Shown here: positions 29,200-37,833 of the stretch, in pieces | Position numbering within the stretch: position 1 is the first letter of the stretch | Layout: each line of letters starts with the position of its first letter | Assembly: GCA_963721305.1 (NCBI GenBank) | Contig: CAVRIR010000002.1 | Location: 420,067 to 484,066 of the forward strand | DNA length: 64,000 bases | DNA from: an uncultured Acidimicrobiia bacterium | Lineage (GTDB): Bacteria; Actinomycetota; Acidimicrobiia; Acidimicrobiales; JACDCH01 | Reading direction: 5' to 3' | Program-made: the position numbers and the translations under genes | Notes under the pieces: generated by a model | The model's input: the letters and a program-made list of their open reading frames with translations, nothing else | Databases searched by the model: none | What the model was told of the DNA's origin: nothing

Positions 29200-29231
29200 C
29201 GCCTTCGCCGCGACCTTCCGGGCCGTGTGAC

Positions 29232-29270
29232 AAATATTCGGTTGACGGGAGTACACGGGCGTAGTTCGAT
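29232..29270 (+). promoter_or_regulatory. WhiB7-type promoter candidate
   Basis: AAATATT tract 3 bp upstream of TTGACG, then N17 and TTCGAT (weak -10). Confidence 0.55.
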
Positions 29271-29326
29271 GCCCGAGACAGGTCGGGGCCTCGACCCCTC
29301 ATACCACTCCAGATTCGAGGCAATCG

Positions 29327-29512
29327 GTGACGAATTCCGGCGCGTATTCCAAGGTGAAGGGCATGTCCCTCGCCGGCGCGTCGCGTCCGGTTGCCGGTGT
29401 GTCCCTCATTGGTGCCTGCGCGTGGTCCGGCAATCAGGCGACCAAGCCGGCCACCACCCGCATGTTCGTGGACGACCACCCGTCCCGACGGCTTTGGGAG
29501 CCCTCGCAGTAA
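29327..29512 (+). CDS. whiB7 leader peptide (uORF); start uncertain (GTG 29327 or ATG 29363)
   Basis: Stop codon sits in the apical hairpin of the antiterminator, just upstream of the terminator. Confidence 0.6.
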   Translation: MTNSGAYSKVKGMSLAGASRPVAGVSLIGACAWSGNQATKPATTRMFVDDHPSRRLWEPSQ

Positions 29513-29535
29513 GCACTGCGAGGGACAGAGACTCC

Positions 29536-29574
29536 AAAGGCCGTCGGGGCAACCCGGCGGCCTTTCTGCATTTC
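29536..29574 (+). terminator. Intrinsic terminator/attenuator in the whiB7 leader
   Basis: AAAGGCCGTCGGG-GCAA-CCCGGCGGCCTTT followed by CTGCATTTC. Confidence 0.85.
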
Positions 29575-29617
29575 TGGCTCGAAACACAACCAACGAGAGA
29601 GTGGGGAAGGGGATCCG

Positions 29618-29992
29618 ATGTTTGCCCCGCAGACGGAAACCGAAGTGAGAGTGCTGGCAACCGAGTTGGTGTCGAACATCGACTGGTGGGGCGAGGCGCG
29701 CTGCAACGACCTGGCCGGCACGATGAGCGGACTCTTCTTCAGTGAGGAGCTGCAGGACATTGCACGGGCCAAGGCCATCTGCGCCAAGTGCCCGGTCATC
29801 GCCGAATGCCTCGAGGGGGCGCTCGAACGGCGCGAGCCGTGGGGCGTGTGGGGCGGTCAGCTCTTCCTGAACGGGAAGGTGCTCGCCAGCAAGCGGCGCC
29901 GTGGCCGGCCACCGAAGGTGCCTCGCCCGGAAGACCAGCTACCCGACGTCCCGGTGCCCCTGCACCTGCAGGATCGCCTACGGACGGCCTGA
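29618..29992 (+). CDS. whiB7: WhiB7/WblC family transcriptional activator
   Basis: Four Cys, EPWGVWGG turn, AT-hook KRRRGRPPK. Confidence 0.9.
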   Translation: MFAPQTETEVRVLATELVSNIDWWGEARCNDLAGTMSGLFFSEELQDIARAKAICAKCPVIAECLEGALERREPWGVWGGQLFLNGKVLASKRRRGRPPKVPRPEDQLPDVPVPLHLQDRLRTA

Positions 29993-30166
29993 CCCGCACA
30001 GCTCGAATGAGCCACCCTCTCGAGGGCGAGCAAGTTCGTGTCGACAGACAGCGGGCCGGGGCAACGGCCAGCGTCGTGGGGTGTCCCCCCTCCCCACGGT
30101 GCGACACGCGAGCCCCGGCCCGCAGGTGCGGGCTCATGGGCCCCTCCCGATAGCCGATCGGGAGGG
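29993..30166 (+). ncRNA. Candidate structured RNA with a C-rich loop (6C-like); strand inferred
   Basis: 12-bp stem 30051-62/30112-23, inner stem with TGTCCCCCCT loop, second 10-bp hairpin 30142-30166. Confidence 0.4.
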
Positions 30167-30188
30167 ATCGAGCGGTACCGTCGTGCCG

Positions 30189-30678
30189 ATGCGGCCTGTG
30201 GGTCTTCTGTTGGTCGCGTGCGCTGCTGGCTCTCGTCGTCGGCGCGTGCAGCAGCGGGTCGAGCACCCCGCAGACGCTCGACGCTTCGTTCGCGCGGTTC
30301 GACGGCTCACAGGCCAGCATCCGCGATTACCGAGGCAAGCCCGTGGTCGTGAACTTCTTCTCCTCGACCTGCGTACCGTGCCAGACCGAGATGCCGGCGC
30401 TCGAGCAGATCCATCGCGCCGCAGGCGGCCAGGTCGTGTTCCTCGGCCTCGACGTGCAGGACACCGCCGAGAGCGGCCAGGCATTCATCCAGACCGTCGG
30501 TGTCACCTGGGACATGGGACGTGACCCGGACGCGTCGATCCTCCAGAGCCTCGGGGGCACGGGTCTCCCGACCACGGTGCTGCTCGACGCCCAGGGCCGG
30601 GTCGTCTACAAGCACCTCGGCGCGTTGCAGGCCGGCGATCTCGACAGGCAGCTGCGCTCACACGGGTTCATCACGTGA
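30189..30678 (+). CDS. TlpA/ResA-like thioredoxin lipoprotein; frameshift near 30219
   Basis: MRPVGLLLVA/ALLALVVGAC lipobox; GKPVVVNFFSSTCVPC, GLPTT. Confidence 0.88.
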
Positions 30679-31625
30679 TCGACGCTCCTCTCGCGCTCGC
30701 GTTCACCACCGGCATGGTGGCCACCGTGAACCCATGTGGGTTCGCGATGTTGCCGGCGTACCTGTCGTTCTTCATCGGCGTCGAAGACCGCCACGAAGAC
30801 GATCCCCGGGCCAGCGTGTGGCGCGCGCTCGTCGTCGGCCTGGCGGTGACGATCGGCTTCGCCGCGACCTTCGCCGTCATCGGACTGCTCGTGAGCCGCG
30901 TCACCCGCAGCGTGTACGACGTCGCGCCGTGGATCTCGCTCGTCATCGGCGCCGCGCTCGTCGTCTTCGGCATCGCGCTGCTGGCGGGTTTCGAGTTCAA
31001 CGTGCGGACACCGCGGCTCGACCGCGGAGGCCGGACCCGTGGACTCGGTTCCATGGCGCTCTTCGGTGTGTCCTACGCGGTTGCGTCGCTCGGCTGTGAA
31101 CTGCCCATCTTCCTCGCCGCCATCTCGGGGGTGTTCGGCCGCGGCCTGGCGTCCGGTGTCGCGTACTTCATCGCGTTCGCACTCGGGTTCGGCGTGGTCC
31201 TGGTATCACTCACGATCGCGCTGGCCATGGCGCGCCAGTCGCTCGTGCACGGGCTGCGCCGCGTGCTTCCCTTCGTCAGCCGCATCGCGGGTGGTTTGCT
31301 CGTCCTGACCGGCGCCTATGTCGCCTGGTACGGCTCGGTCGAGATCCGCAACAACGCTGACGACGCGACGGTCACCAAGGTCACCGATTGGTCGTCGCAG
31401 CTCGCGGATTCGATCACCCGCAACTGGAACCTGCTCGCGATTGTTCTTGCGGCACTCGTCGTCAGCGCCGCGGCGTACGTGTGGTTCGGGCGTGGGCGGC
31501 CGTCAGAGGGTGGCCAACATCAGTCCGAGGGCGGCGGCGAGCATGCTCGTCGCGACACCGCCGAGCATCGCGACGGCCGCAGCGCCGGTGTCCCCCTCCT
31601 CGACGAGCCGCAGCGTCTCCCATGA
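30675..31625 (+). CDS. ccdA: Cytochrome c biogenesis CcdA family protein
   Basis: NPCGFAMLPAY, SLGCELP; as sequenced the 3' end overlaps fluc by 123 nt. Confidence 0.85.
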   Translation: MIDAPLALAFTTGMVATVNPCGFAMLPAYLSFFIGVEDRHEDDPRASVWRALVVGLAVTIGFAATFAVIGLLVSRVTRSVYDVAPWISLVIGAALVVFGIALLAGFEFNVRTPRLDRGGRTRGLGSMALFGVSYAVASLGCELPIFLAAISGVFGRGLASGVAYFIAFALGFGVVLVSLTIALAMARQSLVHGLRRVLPFVSRIAGGLLVLTGAYVAWYGSVEIRNNADDATVTKVTDWSSQLADSITRNWNLLAIVLAALVVSAAAYVWFGRGRPSEGGQHQSEGGGEHARRDTAEHRDGRSAGVPLLDEPQRLP

Positions 31626-31868
31626 CAACGTCGACCAGGTCGTGAAGGCGCCGCAGAACCCGGTGCCGACCAACGTGCGGATCGTCGTCGAATCGTCGTG
31701 GTACAGCACGAGCCCGGTCACGAAACCGAGGATGAACGAGCCGATCACGTTCACGACGAGCGTGCCGTAGGGCAGGCGGTTGCTGACCCGTTCGGTGATC
31801 GTGCCGTCGATGACGTAACGCGCCATCGCGCCGACCGCGCCCAAGACGAGGATCCCGACCGCGATCAC
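31503..31868 (-). CDS. crcB: Fluoride channel Fluc/CrcB (copy 2)
   Basis: GAMARY, PYGTLVVNVIGSF, TGFCGAFTTWST. Confidence 0.93.
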   Translation of the reverse strand: MIAVGILVLGAVGAMARYVIDGTITERVSNRLPYGTLVVNVIGSFILGFVTGLVLYHDDSTTIRTLVGTGFCGAFTTWSTLSWETLRLVEEGDTGAAAVAMLGGVATSMLAAALGLMLATL

Positions 31869-32311
31869 CGTTGCAGCCGCCTCGTCGCGACGATGCCAAG
31901 CCAAGTCGCGGACAGGCCGACGACGATGGTGGCCACCACGTACGCGAGCGCGGTCATCGACTTGCCGTCGCGCAACAACAGGTCCGTCTCGGTGGCGAAC
32001 GTGCTCATCGTCGTCCAGGCACCGAGGATGCCGACGCACAGGAACGGTCGCGCCAACCGGGGCGACGCCCACCGTTCGAAGATGAGCACCATGAGCACAC
32101 CGATGAGCAGCGAACCGGACACGTTCACGAGGAACGTCGTCGTCGGGAAGGCGCCCGACCGCACTGGCCACTGGACGTTGGCCTCGTAGCGTCCGAACGC
32201 GCCGATGGCGCCCCCTATCGAGATCGCCGCGAGGACGTCCGGACGATGGCGGCGTTCGCTCGGCTCGTAGTCGGGATCGAGCGGTTCGTCCGCCACTCCT
32301 GATCCGGACAC
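31865..32311 (-). CDS. crcB: Fluoride channel Fluc/CrcB (copy 1)
   Basis: GGAIGAFGRY, FPTTTFLVNVSGS, GILGAWTTMSTF. Confidence 0.9.
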   Translation of the reverse strand: MSGSGVADEPLDPDYEPSERRHRPDVLAAISIGGAIGAFGRYEANVQWPVRSGAFPTTTFLVNVSGSLLIGVLMVLIFERWASPRLARPFLCVGILGAWTTMSTFATETDLLLRDGKSMTALAYVVATIVVGLSATWLGIVATRRLQR

Positions 32312-32336
32312 GCAGGCAGACTAAGAGTGGAGGCTG

Positions 32337-32924
32337 GTGTTCGAGGAGCTCTTGGCCCATCCGGGCGTCGTGGAGGTCTGCGAGCTGCGCTCGTCGTTCG
32401 GGTTGCTCGCGTTCCACGGCGGCAACCTCGAGCGGCAGACCGACGTGATCGCGAGCCGGGTCGCGGCGCGCGCCGGCGCGTCGCTGTATGCCGTCCTGCA
32501 ACCGAGCGATCTGCGGTGGCACATCCCGTCGATCGCGGTGCAGCCGTCGTCGTCCGTGCTCCTCGCTCGCTTCCTCGCGCATGTCGACGTCGCGATCGCC
32601 GTGCACGGTTACGGTCGGGACGGGTTCTGGACGACGTTGTTGCTCGGCGGCTCGAATCGCACGCTCGCACACCATGTCGGCCAGGCGTTGCGGCGAACGA
32701 TCGGACCGCACGACTACACCGTGATCGACGAGCTCCCCGACATCCCGGAGTCGCTCCGCGGCGTGCATCCCCGCAATCCGGTGAACTTGCCCGCCGCGCA
32801 GGGCGTGCAGCTCGAGCTGCCACCGCGCATTCGCGGGACGACGCCGCTGAGCAAGCCGGAGCACACCGAGGCCCTGGTGGACGGGTTGGTCGACGCGGTG
32901 CTGACGTGGAACGAAGTCAGCTGA
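32337..32924 (+). CDS. Poly-gamma-glutamate hydrolase family (DUF867) protein
   Basis: FHGGNLERQT, HIPS, VHGY, GVHPRNPVN, GVQLEL. Confidence 0.75.
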   Translation: MFEELLAHPGVVEVCELRSSFGLLAFHGGNLERQTDVIASRVAARAGASLYAVLQPSDLRWHIPSIAVQPSSSVLLARFLAHVDVAIAVHGYGRDGFWTTLLLGGSNRTLAHHVGQALRRTIGPHDYTVIDELPDIPESLRGVHPRNPVNLPAAQGVQLELPPRIRGTTPLSKPEHTEALVDGLVDAVLTWNEVS

Positions 32925-32927
32925 CGG

Positions 32928-33518
32928 TTACGGCGCGATGCGCACGATCGACCAGCCGCCGTCGGTCCGTTCGTACCGCAACCGATCGTGCAGGCGGTTC
33001 GGCTGGTTGTGCCAGAACTCGATGCGGTCCGGCCGCAACCTGAAGCCACCCCAGTGCTTCGGCCGGGGAACCTCCACACCCTCGAATCGTGCGGTGAGCT
33101 CGGAGACGCGATGTTCGAGCCACATGCGATCCGGCACGATCGAGCTCTGGGGCGACGCCCAGGCCCCGATCTGACTGGCTCGGTCGCGTGCGGCGAAGTA
33201 GGCGTCCGACACGTCGGCATCGACCTCGGACACGGTGCCGAGCACGATCACCTGCCGGCCGATCGGGAACCACGGGAACACCAACGATGCCCTCGGGTTC
33301 TCGCGCACCTCCCGTGCCTTGGTGCTTTCGTAGTTGGTGAACCACACGAAGCCGCGCTCGTCCACCCCTTTCAACAGCACATGGCGCGCCGATGGCCGCC
33401 CGCTGGCGTCGGCGGTGGCGAGAACCATCGCGGTGGGTTCAGGCAAGGAAGCGACCGCGTCGGCCATCCATCGCTCGAACTGCTTGACCGGATCGGGGTC
33501 GAGATCAGCGACGTCCAT
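32928..33518 (-). CDS. pdxH: Pyridoxamine 5'-phosphate oxidase
   Basis: RHVLLK, FTNYESTK, WASPQS, EFW..RLHDR. Confidence 0.95.
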   Translation of the reverse strand: MDVADLDPDPVKQFERWMADAVASLPEPTAMVLATADASGRPSARHVLLKGVDERGFVWFTNYESTKAREVRENPRASLVFPWFPIGRQVIVLGTVSEVDADVSDAYFAARDRASQIGAWASPQSSIVPDRMWLEHRVSELTARFEGVEVPRPKHWGGFRLRPDRIEFWHNQPNRLHDRLRYERTDGGWSIVRIAP

Positions 33519-33543
33519 CTCCCTGGGTGTCTAGCTTGCGAGC

Positions 33544-34374
33544 ATGGCGTATGACGACTTCGAAACGATGCGCGTGCAGGCGGATGGCGCGGTGGTGCGG
33601 GCGGTCATCGACCACCCGCCGATCAACCTGCTCGACCTACCGCTCATGCTCGAGCTCGACCGCCTCGGGCAGGTGATCGAGGCGGATGCGGACGTCAAGG
33701 TGCTCGTGCTCTCGTCGGCCAACGACGAGTTCTTCATCGCACATGCAGACGTGAACCTGCTCCTCGGTCTGCCACGCGAGGAGCGGGCGGGACCGAACGA
33801 GACGCTCGGATTCTTCCACGCGCTCGTCGACCGGTTCCGCACCATGCCCAAGGCGACGCTCGCCGTCGTGGAGGGACGCGTGCGAGGCGGAGGCTCTGAG
33901 GTCGTGTCGTCGATGGACATGCGCTTCGCCGACATCGATCGCGCCGCGTTCGGCCAGCCCGAAGCTGCGCTCGGCATCATCCCTGGCGGGAGTGGCACGC
34001 AGCGACTGCCTGCGCTGGTCGGGCGAGCTCGAGCGCTCGAGGTGATGCTCGGTTGCGGCGACGTCGACGGCGCGACTGCGGAGCGTTGGGGTTGGGTCAA
34101 CCGCGCTTTGCCGCGGGACGAGCTGCACGCGCACGTGGATCAACTCGTCGATCGGATCGCGTCGTTCCCGGCGGGAGCGATCGCGGCGGTGAAGTCCTCG
34201 GTCGCGAATGCATCGCTCGATCCGCAGCCGGGTTTGCGCACGGAGGAATTCCTCTTCACGCAGACCTTGCTCGATCCCGAGGCCATCGCACGGATGGAAC
34301 GGTTCATGGAGATCGGCGGACAGACCCGCGACGTCGAGCTCGACCTGACGTCGCTCTACAGCAGATTGAGCTGA
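33544..34374 (+). CDS. Enoyl-CoA hydratase/isomerase family protein
   Basis: FIAHAD, RGGGSE, QPEAALGIIPGG. Confidence 0.9.
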   Translation: MAYDDFETMRVQADGAVVRAVIDHPPINLLDLPLMLELDRLGQVIEADADVKVLVLSSANDEFFIAHADVNLLLGLPREERAGPNETLGFFHALVDRFRTMPKATLAVVEGRVRGGGSEVVSSMDMRFADIDRAAFGQPEAALGIIPGGSGTQRLPALVGRARALEVMLGCGDVDGATAERWGWVNRALPRDELHAHVDQLVDRIASFPAGAIAAVKSSVANASLDPQPGLRTEEFLFTQTLLDPEAIARMERFMEIGGQTRDVELDLTSLYSRLS

Positions 34375-35330
34375 TCCGGCGGCCTCTTCCTCGCGGTCTG
34401 GCGTGCGCCACGGACGTTGTATGTGGCTGACGAACGCCGAGACGACGAAGGCAGCGACACGCGGGTGCCGTAGAGGCGCTTGTAGTAGTCGACGAGGTGC
34501 GGGTGCGTCTTGGCGAGATGCGCGTAGTACACCTCTTTCACTCCCGGCTTGAGCCGCAAGCCGCCGCGAACGATCGACGCCGCGCCCGCTTCGCGGCACG
34601 CTCGCGTCACCTCGTCGACCTGCTCAGGCGCGTCGGACAGCCCCGGCAGGATCGGCGCGATCAAGACACCGCAGGGGATGCCGGCGGCGTTGAGCTGCTC
34701 GACCGCCTTCACCCGCTGGCGTGGATGGGGGGTGCCCGGCTCGGTCGCCTTCCACACCTCTTCGTCGAGCGTGCCGATCGACAGGTCGACGCGCACACGG
34801 GTGCGCCGGCTTGCCTCGAGAAGCAGCTGCTTGTCGCGCAGCACCAACGTCGACTTGGTCAGGATCGAGAACGGATTGGCGAACTCGACAAGTGTCTCGA
34901 TGATGCCGCGGGTCAGGCTGTACTTCCCCTCGCACCGCTGGTACGGATCGGTGTTGGTCCCCATCGCGATGAGATGGCCGCCCCAGGTGCGCGGCTGCAA
35001 CTCCGCCCGAAGCCGCTCGACGGCGTTGATCTTGACGACGATCTTGCGATCGAAGTCCTCGTCGATGCCGAGATCGAGGTACGCGTGCGTCGGGCGAGCG
35101 AAGCAGTAGACGCACGCGTGGCTGCACCCTCGGTACGCGTTGATCGTGTACTCGAAGCCGAACGGTGCGCCGGCGACATGGTTGATGATGCGCTTGGCCC
35201 GGACGTGCAGGAACTCCATGCCCCGGAACTCGCCCCGGCCCGGCTCACGCTCGAAGATCGGGTCCTCGAAGAGCGTGGCCTGGGCGCGGGGCTCGTCCGC
35301 AAGCGTCCAGCGCGGCTGCCCGTCTGCCAT
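34356..35330 (-). CDS. Radical SAM protein, Rv2578c/SPL-like DNA-repair family
   Basis: NAYRGCSHACVYCFARPTH, MGTNTDPYQ. Confidence 0.92.
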   Translation of the reverse strand: MADGQPRWTLADEPRAQATLFEDPIFEREPGRGEFRGMEFLHVRAKRIINHVAGAPFGFEYTINAYRGCSHACVYCFARPTHAYLDLGIDEDFDRKIVVKINAVERLRAELQPRTWGGHLIAMGTNTDPYQRCEGKYSLTRGIIETLVEFANPFSILTKSTLVLRDKQLLLEASRRTRVRVDLSIGTLDEEVWKATEPGTPHPRQRVKAVEQLNAAGIPCGVLIAPILPGLSDAPEQVDEVTRACREAGAASIVRGGLRLKPGVKEVYYAHLAKTHPHLVDYYKRLYGTRVSLPSSSRRSSATYNVRGARQTARKRPPDQLNLL

Positions 35331-35346
35331 CGACGGTGAGCCTAGC

Positions 35347-35360
35347 CGAACATGTGTTCG
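35347..35360. promoter_or_regulatory. LexA SOS box
   Basis: CGAACATGTGTTCG (actinobacterial CGAAC-N4-GTTCG), 16 bp upstream of the radical SAM start. Confidence 0.85.
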
Positions 35361-35367
35361 TAGGCTG

Positions 35368-36333
35368 CTACACGTTGAACTTCAGGCCGTAGGTCGACTT
35401 GAGGCCCATCAGGCAGTACGGCCGGCTCGGGCACTCGGGCGGCCCGCCCAACTTGAGGGGATCCTTCACCTTGGCCAAGTCGCTGACCGTCGACAGGCCG
35501 TACTTGTCGGCCGTCTGTTTCGTGACCACGAACGTGTTCACGCTGTCCGCCGGCGCCGGCGTCGTGAGCGTGAACCCTTGTGGCTCAGCCTTCGACTTGG
35601 CTTCGTTCAGCGTGGCGGTGAGGTCGTTGGTCGCGTTGCCGCCGAGGAACGTGTCGAGCGTGCCGACGAACTCGGGAACGAGGTCGATCTGCCCTTGCTC
35701 GAGCGCCGGGAGGTACGCCTCGCGGGCGCCGAAGTCCATCTTGAACGACACGGTCGCTCCGGCCTTCTGCAACGCCTGCCCGTACAGCTGAGCGGCGAAC
35801 TCCGATTCGGCGAAGTTGGCGCTCGCCACGACGAACGTCCCGCTTGCCGTCGCGCCCGACGGCGGAAGGTTGTTGTCGCTGAGGAACTTGCCGGCGACAT
35901 CCTCCGGGTTCTGACCGTCGATCGACACCGATGCAATCGATTGCTGCACCGCCTGCTTCGTCAACTTCGCGTTGACCGCGTCGAGCACCGCGACAACACC
36001 GCTGTTGGCCTTGCTCTTGTTCACGGCGGGGACGAAGTTGTCGACCGGTTGCAGCTTCTTGTCGTCGTCGAGTGCGACCCAGTTGTTCTTGGCGATCGCA
36101 CCGTCGCTCGAGAACAGGAGCGCGATGTCGATGTCCCCGTGCTCGAGTGCAGCCTTCGTGTTCGGACCACCTGCATCCAGCGCGACGAACGTGAACGTCG
36201 CCGCGGCGCCGCCGGTGCCGGATGACGAGGCGGCGCTGTTGGCGTTGTTGGAGCTGTCGCTGCCGCATGCTGTGACCAGCAGCAGCGCGACAACGGCGGT
36301 GCCGAGGAGCACCCGTACAGGTTTCGTGATCAC
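35368..36333 (-). CDS. Osmoprotectant ABC substrate-binding lipoprotein (OsmF/ProX-like), circularly permuted
   Basis: Lipobox VTAC; LDAGGP..DDKKLQP half precedes the SANFAES..GGPPECP half. Confidence 0.88.
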   Translation of the reverse strand: MITKPVRVLLGTAVVALLLVTACGSDSSNNANSAASSSGTGGAAATFTFVALDAGGPNTKAALEHGDIDIALLFSSDGAIAKNNWVALDDDKKLQPVDNFVPAVNKSKANSGVVAVLDAVNAKLTKQAVQQSIASVSIDGQNPEDVAGKFLSDNNLPPSGATASGTFVVASANFAESEFAAQLYGQALQKAGATVSFKMDFGAREAYLPALEQGQIDLVPEFVGTLDTFLGGNATNDLTATLNEAKSKAEPQGFTLTTPAPADSVNTFVVTKQTADKYGLSTVSDLAKVKDPLKLGGPPECPSRPYCLMGLKSTYGLKFNV

Positions 36334-37076
36334 AAGCCGACCTTTCCATCGGGGACAGGAGTTGCCGCCACCGCGGCGGCCCTCGCAGTGACCACGTCGG
36401 CGCGCAGTCCCCTTGGCGTCAGCACGCGCTGGGTGAGTCCCAACGCGAGCTCGGTCACCAGGGAGAGCAGTGCGACCAGCAGGGCCCCCGCGAAGATCTC
36501 AGTGTTGTCGAAGATCGCCCGTCCGTCGATGATGAATCGCCCGAGGCCTCCCGCGCCGACGAACGCCGCGATCGTGGCGGTCGCGACGACCTGCACGGAT
36601 GCGGTGCGCACACCGGCCATCAGGAGCGGGACCGCCATCGGAAGCTCAACACGGCGGAGGATTCCCGATTCGCTCATTCCCATACCGCGTGCGGCGTCAC
36701 GAACTTCATCCGGCACCTCCGCGACCGCGACGTACGAGTTGGTCATCAGGGGCGGCACGGCGAGGCACACGAGCGCGATGAACGTCGTGAACGAGCCGAT
36801 GACCGGCAGCTCGAGCAGTCCGAACGCCTGGGCGCCGAGGACCAGGATGGCGAACGAGGGAATCGCACGGCCGACGTTCGACACGTTGACCGCAGCGGTG
36901 CCGAACCGGCGACGATGCCCGAGCCACACCGCGATCGGAACCGCGATGATGATCGACGCGACGATCGCGTACACCGAGTACTGGATGTGCTCCAAGAGCC
37001 GGTTCGGGATGCCGCGCTCGCCGCGCCAGTTTGCCGGGTCGTTGAACCACGTCGCGACCTCGTGCAGGAAGTTCAC
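36330..37076 (-). CDS. Osmoprotectant ABC permease
   Basis: GRAIPSFA, DAARGMGM EAA loop, GAGGLG. Confidence 0.92.
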   Translation of the reverse strand: MNFLHEVATWFNDPANWRGERGIPNRLLEHIQYSVYAIVASIIIAVPIAVWLGHRRRFGTAAVNVSNVGRAIPSFAILVLGAQAFGLLELPVIGSFTTFIALVCLAVPPLMTNSYVAVAEVPDEVRDAARGMGMSESGILRRVELPMAVPLLMAGVRTASVQVVATATIAAFVGAGGLGRFIIDGRAIFDNTEIFAGALLVALLSLVTELALGLTQRVLTPRGLRADVVTARAAAVAATPVPDGKVGL

Positions 37077-37744
37077 CGGTCGGCGCGCCTTCTCGTCCAC
37101 GGGGTCATGAGCCACTGAGCGCCGGCGAGCAACAGGTCCGCGGTGACCGCCAGCGCAACCGACAGCACGATCCCGACCGTGATCGCCGTGCGGATCGGTC
37201 GGTTCTCCCCGATGTAGATGAGGTTGCCGAGGCTCGGGATGGCGAGCAGCCCGGCGACGGCGGCGAGACCGATCACGGTGACCGTGGCGATCCGGATGCC
37301 GGCCATGATGGCCGGGACGGCGAGCGGCAATTCGATGCGGAGCAACCGCCGGAACCGGCTGTAACCCATGCCGTCCGCCGCGTCCTTGATCTCGGCGGGG
37401 ACGCCTTCGAGACCTTCGACGACGTTGCGTACGAGGATCAGCAACGTGTAGCTCGTGAGCGGGATGAGCGCGGTCGTGCGAGACAGCCCTGTGATGGGCA
37501 ACAGCAGCGCGAAGGCCGCTAGCGAGGGGATCGTGTAGAGGATGCCGGTGACGGCGAGCGACGGGCCGTACAACCAACGCCAGCGAGCGGCCGCGACACC
37601 GATCGGGATCGCGATCACGAGACCGAAGCCCACGGCGCAAACGGTGAGGATCACGTGCTCCCGCAACGACGACCAGATCAAGTCGGTGTTGCGACCGACC
37701 CAGTCCCACCACAACCAACGGTCGACGTTGCTGGCGAGGACCAC
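37073..37744 (-). CDS. Osmoprotectant ABC permease
   Basis: LYTIPSLA, DAADGMGY, IELPLAVP. Confidence 0.92.
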   Translation of the reverse strand: MVLASNVDRWLWWDWVGRNTDLIWSSLREHVILTVCAVGFGLVIAIPIGVAAARWRWLYGPSLAVTGILYTIPSLAAFALLLPITGLSRTTALIPLTSYTLLILVRNVVEGLEGVPAEIKDAADGMGYSRFRRLLRIELPLAVPAIMAGIRIATVTVIGLAAVAGLLAIPSLGNLIYIGENRPIRTAITVGIVLSVALAVTADLLLAGAQWLMTPWTRRRADR

Positions 37745-37833
37745 TGCGGGGTGAGGCTACCGGCCGCGGTTTCATTAGCCTTCGGAGCACCGTCAGCCTT
37801 CGAGACACTCTCGACCCGGGACCCGTTCGTTCG

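Noticed and set aside
31503-31625. ccdA/crcB 123-nt convergent overlap as a regulatory feature
   Set aside because: The extension looks like shadow translation of crcB and cannot be told apart from a lost stop.
32312-32336. Fluoride riboswitch upstream of the fluc pair
   Set aside because: The spacer is only about 25 bp and has no recognisable motif.
32337-32924. Phage remnant suggested by the PGA-hydrolase family gene
   Set aside because: Isolated among housekeeping genes with normal composition.
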